Of a stretch of DNA of 64,000 nt, positions 52,024 through 64,000 are shown piece by piece. The DNA is from Vicugna vicugna (lineage: Eukaryota), in the NCBI GenBank assembly GCA_013265495.1, contig MU057989.1, positions 511,513 through 575,512 of the forward strand, written 5' to 3'. Numbering within the stretch: position 1 is the first letter of the stretch; each line of letters begins with the position of its first letter. The notes beneath the pieces were generated by a model. It searched no databases. It saw only the letters and a program-made list of their open reading frames with translations, and had not been told where the DNA came from. The position numbers were made by a program, and so were the translations under genes.

Positions 52024-53975
52024 CTCGATAAAAACAAAACAAAGCAAGACAATAAACACTCTCAAGTAGCACGGGGTAAAGAACAAGCTAAGGTAGTTAC
52101 ACAGAGGACCACGAAACTCTAGACGGTTTATTCTATTGGCCAGACCCTGCTAGGATGGCCAACAAAACTCAGGCCTTCAAAAAGCATTCCTTTTTAATAT
52201 TTTCCCCAACATTCTCAATTTATAAAGCCACTGTATCAGTCCAAAAGGGGTCTTTCCATCCAAAGCAACAGCCCTAAGAATGCCCCAGCTCACTGCCTGG
52301 GAAGGGTTTCTGGGCTCCAGGACAGTGTGCAGGAATCCAAACAGTACTCAGTGGTTTTGCTGATTCGAGGAGACAACATTCAAGGATGCCAAGGTGGCTA
52401 GAATTAGACAGCAAAACACAGAGAAGAGGCAGATGCCCAGGCACAGAGCTCTGGGCATCCAGGCTGGGTCCCCTTAAGACTCTAGCTGTGTACTCATCTG
52501 TAAGTCCATGTGAGGAAACTACCCCAGGCCAGGGAAAGACCCACCAAAAAGGAACAGAAAGAACAAGCTACAGAGTTCACGTAATAGTTCAATAGTTCTT
52601 GTTCCTACCAGCCAAAGTGGAAAGACCCCCTAACACACAGAGCATCAGGCAGTATCCTTAGAAAGACTTTGCCTTAGTAGCAGGCCACATCAGCCCTAGA
52701 CTACAGTTTGAGCTGAACACACCCTAACAAAGCAACAAGCAAGCTTTAAAAGGAACATATTGATCCCAAGTAACTTAAATTAGCATCCCACACCAAAGTC
52801 CAAAAGTAATTTTAAAAATATAACAAAAGCTAGCATCCAACAGAAAACTCACAACGTCCAAAATCCAATCAAAAATCACCAGGCATGTAAGAGGCAGACA
52901 AATATGACCCATAACTAGGAGCAAAGTCAGTCAACAGAAGCAGACCCAGATATGACACAGATGATGAAACTAGTAGAAAGAATGTTTGAAGAGCTATTAT
53001 AAAAATGCTTCATATGTTCAAGAAGGTAGAGGAAACTAACATGGTAAAGAGAAGTAGAAAATACAAAATGTGAGTTATGAGAAAGCTCAAATAGTCAACC
53101 CTAGTCAAGGATAAAATCTACTTAGGCACAGGAACATTTCTATGTATAGTTCCTCTCAGGTGAGAAAGGCACAGTACTACCTTAAGAGTAAATCAATTTT
53201 GAATCTTTAGCCAATAATAATAATTCATACTAATGGAGTTTCACAAGTAAAGTTATGAATTAACCATAACAAATATTTGGAAAGATAACCATGTACTGCC
53301 ATGTCTTAGGCAAAAACCACAATCACAGTACTAGCCAAGATTTGTGGCTTTTACGAGTCATTTCATCTTTTGAAAACTGCTCTCCCTTAAAAATAAAATA
53401 AAATAAAATAAAAATTTTAAAATTAAAAAAAAGGCTGGTAGACAAAGACAAAAACTTACAAGGAGCAAGAGAAAAATGACTCACCAGATACAGGAGAACA
53501 ATAATGTAATTAACAGGTGGCACCCCATCAGAAACAATGAGATGGGGGCGAGTGAAGGAATTGAAAACAAACAAACAAAATGCTCTCAAATAAGAATTCT
53601 ATATTCAGTAAAACAGTCCTTCAGAAATGACAGTGAAAGAAAGTTATTTCCAGGAAAATACTCAGAGAACTTATTGCTGTCAGAAACATTTGATGAGAAA
53701 TACTAAAGGAAATTTTTTCTTAATGAAAAGAAGTCGCACCAGCAAGTAAAAAACTGACTTATTTGAAAAGAAATAAAGCATGTTGGAAATTTTAATTATA
53801 TAGGTAAGTACAAAAAACTTTTTTAAAAAATGCTCTCATGCAAGTGCTTTTCATATCAACATAAATCACTCAGGGATGGGTCTCACTCCCCCATACCAAC
53901 ATGTGGATGAGATATGAAATCCTAATCCTAGAACTGACAAAAGTTCCAAAATGCAGGAAAAACAAATTGTCTTAC

Positions 53976-54102
53976 CCATTAAGGCCTTATCCATGAAACA
54001 CTCCTGTGCCGTGTCTCTGCTGAGGGACCTCTGGGCAGGGTGCAGACTCACACACTCCTCTTGAGAAAAATACACAGCCAGGTCCTCAAACAGCACTGGT
54101 CC
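53976..54102 (-). CDS. ZNF597: ZNF597 KRAB-A exon (127 nt)
   Basis: cttcag|GGA CCA: GPVLFEDLAVYFSQEECVSLHPAQRSLSRDTAQECFMDKALM G|gtaag. Confidence 0.93.
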
Positions 54103-54965
54103 CTGAAGCAACATGAGAGTCAATCTCAGGACAAGAAGCCAGAAAGCCACCCCCTTAGTCAGTGTGGGAAGGCTGGGAAGAGCTAGAAACATCAGAGGCA
54201 AAGGAGAAAAGGGCTTGGTATAAAAGATCCTGCGTGCTGGGGAGAGGGTATCAATGGGTCCTAAGGGCTGGGGGATGGGGATTGGGAAGGAGGGAGTGAA
54301 AACGAATGTAACTTTGGAGGCAGAGGTTTAAGGACCAAAAGGGTAAATAAACTGTGAGAAGTTCTAGAAGAGACTATTAGAAGAGAAAAGATGAGGGAAT
54401 GACTCTCAGTGAGGGAAACCACTACGTAGGGACTCTCTAAGGTAAAGGAGAAGACTAAGCAGCCCGGGAAGAATCATGAACGGCATGGAAGTTCCAGCGT
54501 TCTCCCAACATCCTTCCTTTTGCTGGTCCGTCTCCTTCCCCATGACACTCATTGCTAAGCTCACTGTAGCATCATATCCAGACCTATTCCTCCTTCCGGA
54601 AGTTTATCAGTCCTATAAATCAACAGAACTTGGGACATGATTAAGAATCACTTGGGGGTTCTGTTTGTTTCTGTTTATTCAACAGATGTGGAATGAAGCT
54701 TAGAAATTTGCAAGTTTGAGCAGCATGCCAGGGAGACACTTAGGTACACTGTTACAGCCTTCTCCAGCCGGCCTTGATCCCAGTTGGTGGTTCTTAGAGG
54801 AAGGCTCTGATAAGCCATTTCTTCTACCTGCCTGGTAGGAACATACACAGCTTGGTGAAAGGGCTATCTGGGGATCAGGAACCCTCGCATTATGATGGGT
54901 GAGGCCAGGCAGAGGCCAAAAAGGAGTGACCGGAACTTGGACAGAGAGAAGGGACCGGGTCTCAC

Positions 54966-54998
54966 CTGAGCCCCGGTTGTAGGGAGTGTGGATGCCAT
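54966..54998 (-). CDS. ZNF597: ZNF597 first coding exon (MASTLPTTGAQ)
   Basis: gagATGG context; CAG|GTGAG donor; exon acceptor before 55052; upstream non-coding exon donor G|GTAAGT after 55222. Confidence 0.88.
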
Positions 54999-55149
54999 CT
55001 CGGGGGGATGGAAAAACCTTCTTCAAGTCGCCACGAGGACTTCGGGACCGATCTGGGAGGGAAGAGAATAATCCTTGGAGGGACCAATTCGCTTGCAAAG
55101 CTCCTCCACGCACCCCTGGGCTCCCTCGCTTCCCCACCCTTTTTAAGAT

Positions 55150-56110
55150 CTGAGCCGATGGCTTCTCTCCCTGGCCCAGCGTCGGAAAGGCCGACTCCCG
55201 GGCCAGCCAGGCCCCACTTACCGCTCCGAGACTAATGATCTCAGAAAGCCTCCCTCCACCCAGGAAGAAGCAGCAAAAAGCTACGCCCGACAGAGACTCG
55301 AGACTTAGACAGCACCGACCACCACTAGGCGCCACCGCTAGGCTCCCACGCTCCCACACTCCCCTACGCTGGACCTGCCGGGAAAGCCGCCGGATGCGGC
55401 CCGCCTCCCAAGTTTTTACGCAGCCTTGTCCTGTGATTGGCCAGCGTGACGCCGGAGGGGGCAGGCCTTCTCGTGTGTTGACCAATAGAGTCCCTCAATG
55501 GAGGACACACATGGCTCGCTGGGCATGCTGGGAGTTGTAGTTTTCCTTAGTTTTTCAAAATAAGTGTTTCCGGTTCCGCTGCCTGGGTCTCCCCTGTGAG
55601 CTCCTTGCCCGCCGACCCGATAAAGTGGAGCGTTAGGATTATCACAGAGGGTTGTAATGTTTCAGGGAAGGAGGAAAGCAAGTAGACGGGGAGAATTCGG
55701 AACCAGAAAGGGTACGGTATTGAAATGGGGGTTCGGCCAGCAGTGCCCTGTGGGTCTGAAACTTGAGTCCCGTCGAGTGGCCAGGAGTGCGGGTCCCAGT
55801 CTTGCCCTGAGCAGTCCACTGTGTCGTGGGTGGACTTCGGGGCCGTGGAATGTAAACGGGTGTCTTCTGCGTGGACAAAGTTCTGGTCGACGTAAGCTGG
55901 GTTGCTAGTCTCCGACTTCAAGTATTACGCCGGCATTGTGCCCGGCGACTGCAGCCCAACCGAGCCAGATCAGACTCAAAAGCCACAGCGGACCTCAAGC
56001 GGTAGCGGAGCCGTCGGGTTGCTTCGCAGGACGTTGTATGCCTCCTAATAGCTCTCATTCGACCTGCCCCATCGCCACGTATTTTCTACTTTACTGGCAC
56101 TAGGTGCCGT
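55150..56110. promoter_or_regulatory. CpG island, bidirectional ZNF597/NAA60 promoter
   Basis: ATTGG at 55436 and CCAAT at 55482; ZNF143 site ACTACAACTCCCAGCATGC on minus at 55523-55541; ETS-like TTCCGG near 55568. Confidence 0.88.
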
Positions 56111-57483
56111 GGTGTAGGGCTTTGGAATTAGGAAACAGCTCTTTCCCCAGCTCGGCCACTAATTGCTTGTCATTTTGGCCCCTATACAGCTTTGCTTTCC
56201 TCATCTGTGAAGAGCTGAGAATGCCTCCCCTCAAAGAGTAGTTTCAGAGAAGTTGTCAATTTACAAAGGTGTTTGTTGGAAAAAAAAAAGGATGATATTT
56301 ACCTTAATAGAAAATTCTGAGTTTGAATATATTGTCTTATTCTAGTGACAGGCATGTTCCTATACCTAAAAGGTTAATCAAGGATTAGTTGCCTGGTTAT
56401 TGAAACAGTATTATCAGAGCTGACAAAGTAAGTAGTGGGATTTGGTGGAATTTCAGATAGGATAGTTTCAGCTGCAAGTAACAGAAAACCCAACAAAACA
56501 TTCAAAAGTAGGGCAGTTACAGGTTAGTTAATGCAACATCTTAATGACACTGTCGTGGTCCCAATGCTTCCATATTTCTCCTCCACCATCCTAAGCATGT
56601 TGGGGAAGGCAGCAGTGGAATCCACATAATACAGACAAGCATTGAGTCATGTACCAATCCAAAACAGATCATCATCAAAAGTAAAAAGACTACCTACTGT
56701 AATTGGTTTTGGTCGCCTCCAGGTGACCCATTCTCTCCTGACCATCTACCTGCACAAATTCGGGGCTCTTTTGGAAAAGGGAAAGAAGGAAGTAGGATAG
56801 ATGGGTAGTTCACAGTATCTGCCAGGAGTGACATCTTGACAGCTACAACTGGGCCTTCGGGGAATGGGACACAAAATAAGTATCTGGTGGATATGCAGGA
56901 GGAAGGAAAAAGGTGCTGAAAGGACAAGTGGAAGAATGATCAGGTCAAACTTTCCTACAGGCTAGAACAACCCAATGTATAAGTGTTGAAATGAGCTGAC
57001 AGCTTGGTACATGGAGCTCAAAATCAAAAGTATGTTCACCATAGGGTCACAGGGCTGCTCCAGTAGTCATCTTTCCCCCTTCCTTTGCACTTTTATATTC
57101 AATGGTATTCTTATGTCAGGGATGTCTCGTTTGGGGCTCAGATTGTCCTGATTTTGGTTTTTGGCCCTTTCACCAAGAACAAGTGGCTCTAATGGCCCTT
57201 TCCTTTGAATTCTGTTCTTATTATTACAAAGAGATAAACACACTTTCCAATCACTAGAAATTATGCTTGTAGTATTAACTCAATGAATAACCAGAAAGAG
57301 AGTTATCTCTGAAACAGGAGAGGAAATGAAATCTTCCCTATACCTTCTGACTTCCAAAACTAAACAAGCCGATTAAGAAAGAAGAAGCTTGAAAGCTTGA
57401 TCTTGCTAGAAATAAATAGTTGAGATACAAAGTCTATGGTAGTTCAAGACTAAAAGAGTGACTGGATTACATGCCTGACTTCA

Positions 57484-57626
57484 TTTTTTGTTGTTGTTGG
57501 TTTGGAGGGGGAGGGGAGGTAATTGGGCTTATTTATTTATTTATTTTTAGAGGAGGTACTGGGGATTGAACCCAGGACCTCGTGCATGCCAAGCATGAGC
57601 TCTACCACTTGAGCTATACCCTCCCC
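57484..57626 (-). mobile_element. tRNA-Ala-derived SINE (Vic-1-like)
   Basis: gaggtactggggattgaacccaggacctcgtgcatgccaagcatgagctctaccacttgagctataccctcccc; flanking tgcctga repeat. Confidence 0.88.
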
Positions 57627-57768
57627 ACTGCCTGAACTTTGATTTTCTTTTAAATCAGAGCTGCTCCGTCATTAGAAATTCAAGTGATAGATTTTAATCA
57701 TCCAAACTTAAAAATTCTTCTGCCACAGCCCTTTGACAAGTTTCTTCATTTCAGCCCCTAACATACTA

Positions 57769-57794
57769 ATCATCATCATCATCATCATCATCAT
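57769..57794. repeat. (ATC)n microsatellite
   Basis: Directly visible. Confidence 0.9.
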
Positions 57795-59546
57795 CTGTAT
57801 TAAAATTATTTCCATAGCCAAATATCTGCTTTCTCTCTGAAGATCACATTGTCTTTTCTAAAAGTAAAAATATTATTTTATTATTACAAAACAGTATATG
57901 TACATTTCAGAAAGTTGGAAAATATAGGTAAAAAAAAAGAGAAAGTAAGAGCACTATATTCTTATAACCCAGAGATTATCACTGTCTACTGTTAAGTATA
58001 TATTTTTTTGTTCTTGGTAATTTTAAACCTGATTTCCAGGCTAAATTGCCCACTTGGTTTGTTGTTTTTAACATTGCCAGATGGTACTGCTTTTTAGGGT
58101 CCGTTACTTAAAAATAAGTACATCTCTGGTTCTTATAGCCTTTAGTGTATCCTTCATGAGATGTCATTACCGATGGGAAGTTGACAGGGCCTTCCCATGG
58201 TGCACCAAAGGAGTCTAGATAAGCAGGAATATCCTATCCCCCAACTTCAGCAAGAGACTTCTCTCACAGGTATCCAGAATGCCTGACTGAGCAGTTAGAA
58301 AACTGATGCTGATTAATTCTTGCGAATAGAAGCTGCAGCCGGAGACCCCTGGACAGTAATGAGGTCTACAGAGAATGCAGGTTAGACACAGTGAAGACAG
58401 AGAAGAAATGATGGGTTGGATAGTAGGTTAGAGTACTACATGCTTAGATATTTCATTTGCCCCTAAAGAGCCCATCAGATTGTGAATTCTGAGATAAGAA
58501 CTCTTATCTCAAAGACACTTGGCCTGGGAGTTACAGAGATGGCATAGCTAGGAGCAAAGTGATGACCTTGCCTCTTTCCCCATTGCCACATACAGAAAAG
58601 TATACCTGGAGAGACCGAGGCCAGCCGGAGTGGGGATGAGTGTTCCAGGGAGAAAATCAAAGCCTGCTGTATCCTAAGCAAAAACTAAAAGAATACAGCA
58701 ATACTAAACCTATCCTAAAAGAAAGATGGAAAGGTCTTCTCTAAATAGAAAAGAAGCGAGAATCTATAAGAAAGGGAAAAATCACAATAGGAAAGGCAAA
58801 TGTATAAAAGCACTGAAGATCACTTAAAGCAGCCAGTACATAGAGTGAAAAAAAACAATAAAAATTTTTTGTAAAAGTGATTATAACTACAATTAACAGC
58901 AGAAGGATAAACATGAAGCTGCTGTGTCCTGCTGTGGATGATGTGCTCATAGTCAGAGGGAATGTGTTGAAATAAAACCCATATTGCTAGTCAACATTTT
59001 TAAAATTATCAACACTGAGTGATAGAGGAGGTTTAGTGAAACAAATGCTTTTACTTTGTGGGTAGGTGGGTAAACACTTTTTTTTAGCAAGTAATTTGCC
59101 TCTACTGTATGCATTGCGAGGTTTAAAACTGTTCAACAACATTGACTTAAACAAATAGAAATATACTTTTTTCTCCCACATACAGTCCAAGCTGGTAGGA
59201 AAACTCTGCTCTGGGAAGTTCCAAGAGACCCAGGCTCTTTCTGCTTTGTGCTCCACTATCCTATGGGTGTTTAGTGTCCTAAGTGTGACTCTCACCGAGT
59301 ATGGCTCCCTACCATATCTGCACTGCAGCCAGCAGGTAGGGGAAGGAAAGGGGATGCCCCTTCCTTTTCAGGGCAGAACTTGGAAGGTTGCACCTGTCAC
59401 TTCTGCTTACATTCCATTCACCAGTCACTTAGTCATGTGGTCACATAACCACACCCAGCTCAAGGGAGGCTAGGAAGCATCATATTATTCTAGTAGCCCA
59501 TGCCCAGCTAAAAAGCATAAGTACTATCACAATGAGAAAGAAGGAT

Positions 59547-59639
59547 GGGGGTGGGTATAGCTCAGTGGTAGATCTGCATGATTAGCATGCAGGAGGTCCT
59601 GGGCTCAATCCCCAGTACCTCCATTTTTTTAAAAAAAAA
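59547..59639 (+). mobile_element. tRNA-Ala-derived SINE (Vic-1-like)
   Basis: gggtatagctcagtggtag...tagcatgcaggaggtcctgggctcaatccccagtacctcca plus A-tail. Confidence 0.85.
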
Positions 59640-61828
59640 TGGAGAAAGTAGACATGGGGGACAATTGGCAATAAGTGCTATGTGATCCTAAGGAAATACA
59701 TAGAAAATGGAAAAAAGTGAGTGGAAATGAATGGAAAATGGGAAAAGATGAGTGGAAATACACGAAGATGTTCGTTGCAGAATTATTTACACTAGAGTAA
59801 AATTGGAAATGACCTAATTTCTAAGTATTTTTCCTCTTTTCCAGGAGGAAAGATTGTAGCCAGTCAAGATGATATTTATAAGGAGTTTTTGCTAACATGG
59901 CAAACTGCTTCCAAAATCAGCTTTAAAATGGGATACCAAATTGTACCTAAAATACCATCATACTTATTAAAAATGTACTGAACAGAGCAATAAGGAGACA
60001 TACTAATGTTGAGTGATCATCTTTGGATGATGAGCGAAGGGTAATTTTTCTCAACACTTTTTCTTATTTGTTACAGTGAGTGTATATTTCTCCCATAATT
60101 AGCAGAGTAATTAAGCCAGGACTCTGGAATGAAATTGCCTTGGTTGAAATTGCTTCTAACAACTTAACAGTTACAACATCTTGGAGTTTATTATTTAACC
60201 TCTCCAAGCCTCGGTTTCTGTATCTGCAAAATAAGAATAATGATTGTTAACTGCCTCATGTGATTGTTGGGATGATTAAATGAGATAATATGTTACATCA
60301 CACGTGGCACAAAAGTAATGCCCCCAAAGTAGAAGCTTTATAATTGAAAAGGTTTCTAAATAAAATTATTATTATATATTGGCGCTTCAGCAATCAGATA
60401 CGTCAGTGTAGTCCACAGGTAGCTTCCTGTGATGAGGTGTTTCCCACGAGCTCGACAGAGGGTAATAAGGCTGAATTTTGAGAATTAAACCAGGAAAATG
60501 AAGATTAAATCATGTTTCTATTGAAATAAGAAGTAATCTTAATTGAAGCCTGGAAGGTTAATTAAGGTGTGATCTATGGATGTGAAAAGGAATGTGTTTA
60601 TGGAGCAGCCTAGTCTGAGTGGAGCCAAGAGAAAGAAGAATCAGCAAGAATGGCAGCCCTTCTGGCGCCATGCAGACACAAGGAACACTGGGCTTGTGGG
60701 GCAAGCATTTCTGACCCTCAAGAAGGGATCGACTAAAAGATCCCCCTTAAGACTCTCTGTGTTCCTTCCTCTTCTATCATGCTCACCAACAATTTTCTGG
60801 TTAGCAGTCTAGTTTCTCAGGAACATTAAGGGAGAAGGAGGTGTCTGGAGCAGCGGTGCTAGTATTCTAGTGATTCTTAACTATAAACAAGTAAACCAGA
60901 ATTTGGTTTAAGCTTCAGTCTTTTGTGAGTCTGATCAGTAAGCCCATCCAGGTACAGTGACAATAGGAATGGAGAATGAGACCCTTCCAATAGTCCAGAC
61001 TAAGTGGCCACCTCTGTCTTGGTTTTAATTGAAGCAAGCAGTATCATCCTTGGTGATCTAGCTCATACACTTGCATCATTTTACACCCAAATGGGGTTAA
61101 TTTGGAAGCAAAATATTTGGTTCCTGGTTGTACTGGCTTTGATCCATGTAAATGTTAACACACTCTTCTGAACCATGAGTTGGAACAACCACCTCAAGCC
61201 AGTCTCCTGGACTTTCTTCTCTCCTGAGAGTGCTCCCAGGGTTGTCCAGAGTCCACTCAGGCAAAGTAGATGCTGATCAACAAGCTGACTGTCTACAAGG
61301 CTTGCCATGAAGTGGCTTATTCACGATCTGTTTCTGTGACCCTGGAAAAATGTTTTTGGAGTCTTCCAGGAAAGACTGGTTTTGGAAACACAGCTGTCCT
61401 CCCAGTAATCAGAATACTTGAGATCCAAGAGAACGCATCGTGGCTTGAAATGAAGAACCAGTCTGTTTGTTTCTCAGTTTTCATTCCTCCTGATGCCCCT
61501 GGGGAGAGAAGCTTCACTCCACCTGCTATAAAGGCTCTGGGTGGGTGTTTCATTGTCTGGAAAATGGGAAAACAATACTGACCTTTCAGGGTCAGTGGAA
61601 AAATAAATGAGGACATTCAGGAAGGACTGTAACGCAGTATGTAGCATGCAGCAGACACTTAGCAAATCTCTGTTCACTCATATTCCATTCAGAGAGTTCT
61701 GCTGTCCCGTGTAAGTGCCTCTGTTGAAACCCTTATCAAACTGTCTTATAATCACATACCTTAAAGGCAGAGGCCGTATCTGTCACCAGTTGTACCCACA
61801 GCTCCCGGCAGAGTGCCCAGCTCTCCTT

Positions 61829-61875
61829 GTTTGTTTGTTTGTTTGTTTTTATGAGAGGGAGGTAATTGGGTTTGT

Positions 61876-61918
<43 letters not shown>

Positions 61919-62017
61919 TCTATTTATTTATTTATATTAGGAGGGCCTGCTGGGGATTGAACCCAGGACCTCATGCAAAAGCATGCGCTCTACCACTTGA
62001 GCTATACCCTTCCCACC
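61829..62017 (-). mobile_element. tRNA-Ala-derived SINE (Vic-1-like) with expanded (TTTA)n
   Basis: Perfect 13-bp TSD CCCAGCTCTCCTT at 61816-61828 and 62018-62030. Confidence 0.9.
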
Positions 62018-62167
62018 CCCAGCTCTCCTTAAGTGAAGGAAGAAAGAAGGAAAAGAATCCAGTATCCAAGTTCAGCCCTCATCTCACTCACACTTGCTTT
62101 TTATTGATGAAATTTCCATATTGTCCATGTAAATGAGACATCTGGGAGGATACCAAGACACTGGTAA

Positions 62168-62375
62168 CTAAACAACAGGTTTATACTAGATAGCACAGGG
62201 AACCAAATTCAGTGTCTTAGTATTAACCTATGGAGAAGAGGAATATGAGAATGAATGTCTGTATGTTCCTGTGTGACTGAAGTACTGTGCTGTACACCAG
62301 AAATTGACACAACATTGTAAACTGACTGTACTTCAATAAAAATATATTTAAAAAAATTTTTTTAAAGGGGGAAAA
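62168..62375 (+). mobile_element. Short 5'-truncated L1 3'UTR
   Basis: tagcacagggaac...tgtgctgtacaccagaaattgacacaacattgtaaactgactgtacttcaataaa; flanked by the repeat gacactggta. Confidence 0.8.
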
Positions 62376-62836
62376 ATGACACTGGTAGCCATGGTTACCT
62401 GGAGAACTCTTGTTACTCAGAGTCACAGGGAGGCAAACTTACTTTTCACCCTATATCCTTTTATTCTGCTTTCAAATTTTTACCATGGGCATACATACGT
62501 CTACAAAAGTGTTTATGTCAGAAAATCCCCCCCCCAAGTTAAACCAAAGCCAAAGTGTATTTACATCTGTAAAAATCATATAGTGATGAAATATAAATGG
62601 TTAATAAAGGTAGGAAAAAGCGGTCAAACGTACTAAGAAATACACATTAAAAAAATGAGAACTTTTTCACTTAGATTGCAGAGAGGTAATGAAGGATAAT
62701 ACCCCATGTTGGTGAGGACACGGGGACAGAAGGCGTCTCACACTTGGTGTGAGAATAAAGTAGTAAAACCTTTCTGGCAGGCAGTGTAGGGTTTGTTTTC
62801 AAATTGAAAATGTCGTCAATTAAAAACAAGTTAACA

Positions 62837-62970
62837 GGGAGGTGGCAGGAGAGTATAGCTCAAGTGGTAGAGTGCATGCTTATAATGCAGGAGGTCCTGG
62901 GTGCAGTCCCCAGTGTCTCCTCTAAAAATAAATAAATAAACTCAATTACCCCCCCAAAAAAACCTCAAAC
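62837..62970 (+). mobile_element. tRNA-Ala-derived SINE (Vic-1-like)
   Basis: gtatagctcaagtggtagagtgcatgct...ggtcctgggtgcagtcccc plus tail; aagttaac flanks. Confidence 0.82.
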
Positions 62971-63798
62971 AAAAGTTAACCAACATTCTAGGAATTTTAC
63001 CTAAGGAAATTATCTGAAATGTGTGTGGGTTTTTATGCAAGGTTTTTAGTTGGCAATGCCGCTTACAACCTGAATGTCTGGGTTTTGGTGGGGAAACCTG
63101 ATTCCTGGCCCCTGCTACTCCACCCTCCTCAACCCCAGTCCATCTATGATACAGCAGTGATGTGATACAGTGGTGAGTAGGGCCCCTGGTGGCTGTGATC
63201 ACCTAGGGTTGGCAGAAAAGAGCAGTATCTGACTTTGTTCCTCTTGGGCAAGATGAGAGCCTGGGTACCAGAGAGGGAGAGGTGAAAATTAATATGCTTA
63301 ATATCTCCTTAATTTCTGGAAAGATCTTGGCCTTGGAAACTCGTGGAACTACAAAGAAAGTTAATTCTTATTTGTTACACTAAGTGTGTATCATCTCCAT
63401 CATTAGCCCAGTAGTTTAGCCAGGGTTTGGGAAGGGCAGAGCCTACATGTGGAGACGGTAGCTTGCTGCTCATCCTGGCCCAGAGGTGCCTGATTATCCA
63501 TCTCTGGGGCTGGGAGAGGGCTCTGCAGCTGAGAGGAGGCAGGAATTGAGGGCTTCCCTTCAAGTGCTCCATGGAGAACTGCTGCTTCTTGTCAGCTTGG
63601 AATGTGGCTAGAATACAGGAGTAGAGACCGCTGGCTCTCCCCACGGTTGTGCCTCTAGGTATCTCTCTGCTTGACCCATGGCCAGAGGGTAAAAACTATC
63701 AGGAGGAGGTAAGAGAAAAATAATAGTACACTTGAAGAGACTTGGCACTGAGAGGGAGGAGGAGCAGGCAGAACTCTCAGAATAAGCAGTTCTTGAGT

Positions 63799-63880
63799 GG
63801 GAGGATATAGCTCAGTGGTAGAGCACATGCTTAGCATGCATGAGGTCCTCGGTTCAAACCCCAGTACCTCCATCTAAAAA
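63799..63880 (+). mobile_element. tRNA-Ala-derived SINE, short form
   Basis: gggaggatatagctcagtggtagagcacatgcttagcatgcatgaggtcctcggttcaaaccccagtacctcca; TSD-like gcagttcttga / gcagctcttga. Confidence 0.82.
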
Positions 63881-64000
63881 TCCAGGCAGCTCTTGATGAA
63901 ATATCACTTCTGAGGGAGACAGAGGACAGCTCTACCCAAATACGAATGACTGGAGGAGATTTGATCATAGCAAAACTTCCTGGAATTGAAAAGTATGTTT

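Larger units (their letters stand above)
55560..64000 (+). other. NAA60: Probable NAA60 non-coding first exon(s) and 5' intron; no coding exon recognised in the window
   Basis: Inferred from synteny (head-to-head with ZNF597 in human) and plus-strand donors GTGAG at 55596 and GTAAG at 55892. Confidence 0.6.

Noticed and set aside
52024..52072. N-terminal extension of the 381-aa ZNF597 ORF; likewise 30454-30582 for ZNF174
   Set aside because: Intronic or UTR sequence that happens to be open; non-ATG starts from the ORF caller.
54700..55540. 261-aa minus ORF and other ORFs at the ZNF597 promoter
   Set aside because: CpG-island artefacts; the real first coding exon (54998..54966) is in a different frame.
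60400..61320. Specific NAA60 non-coding exon 2
   Set aside because: Several AG/GT candidates exist, but none can be chosen without transcript data.
63799..63872. True tRNA-Ala gene (also the other tRNA-like copies)
   Set aside because: Stem mismatches, TSD-like flanks, A-tails instead of a T-run terminator, and high local copy number indicate SINEs.
1..64000. CRISPR arrays, operons or other prokaryotic systems
   Set aside because: The sequence is mammalian throughout, with no regularly spaced repeat-spacer structure.

Overview
Mammalian genomic DNA, almost certainly camelid (nine copies of a tRNA-Ala(AGC)-derived SINE that fits the camelid Vic-1 family). Gene order matches human 16p13.3: OR2C1 (+), ZSCAN32/ZNF434 (-), ZNF174 (+), ZNF597 (-), then the probable 5' end of NAA60 (+). 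ZNF174 (410 aa) and ZNF597 (418 aa) are intact. OR2C1 and ZSCAN32 are multiply disabled pseudogenes. There are four CpG islands. Two are bidirectional promoters with ZNF143 and NF-Y motifs. Two are orphans: one near 15 kb, and one near 46.6 kb at the 3' end of ZNF597, where humans have a maternal germline imprinting DMR. The rest is L1, L2, MIR, MLT1, MER and LTR repeats, with several unusual retrotransposition structures. Gene and repeat names come from my recall of human proteins and repeat consensuses, not from a database search. No prokaryotic-type system is present.
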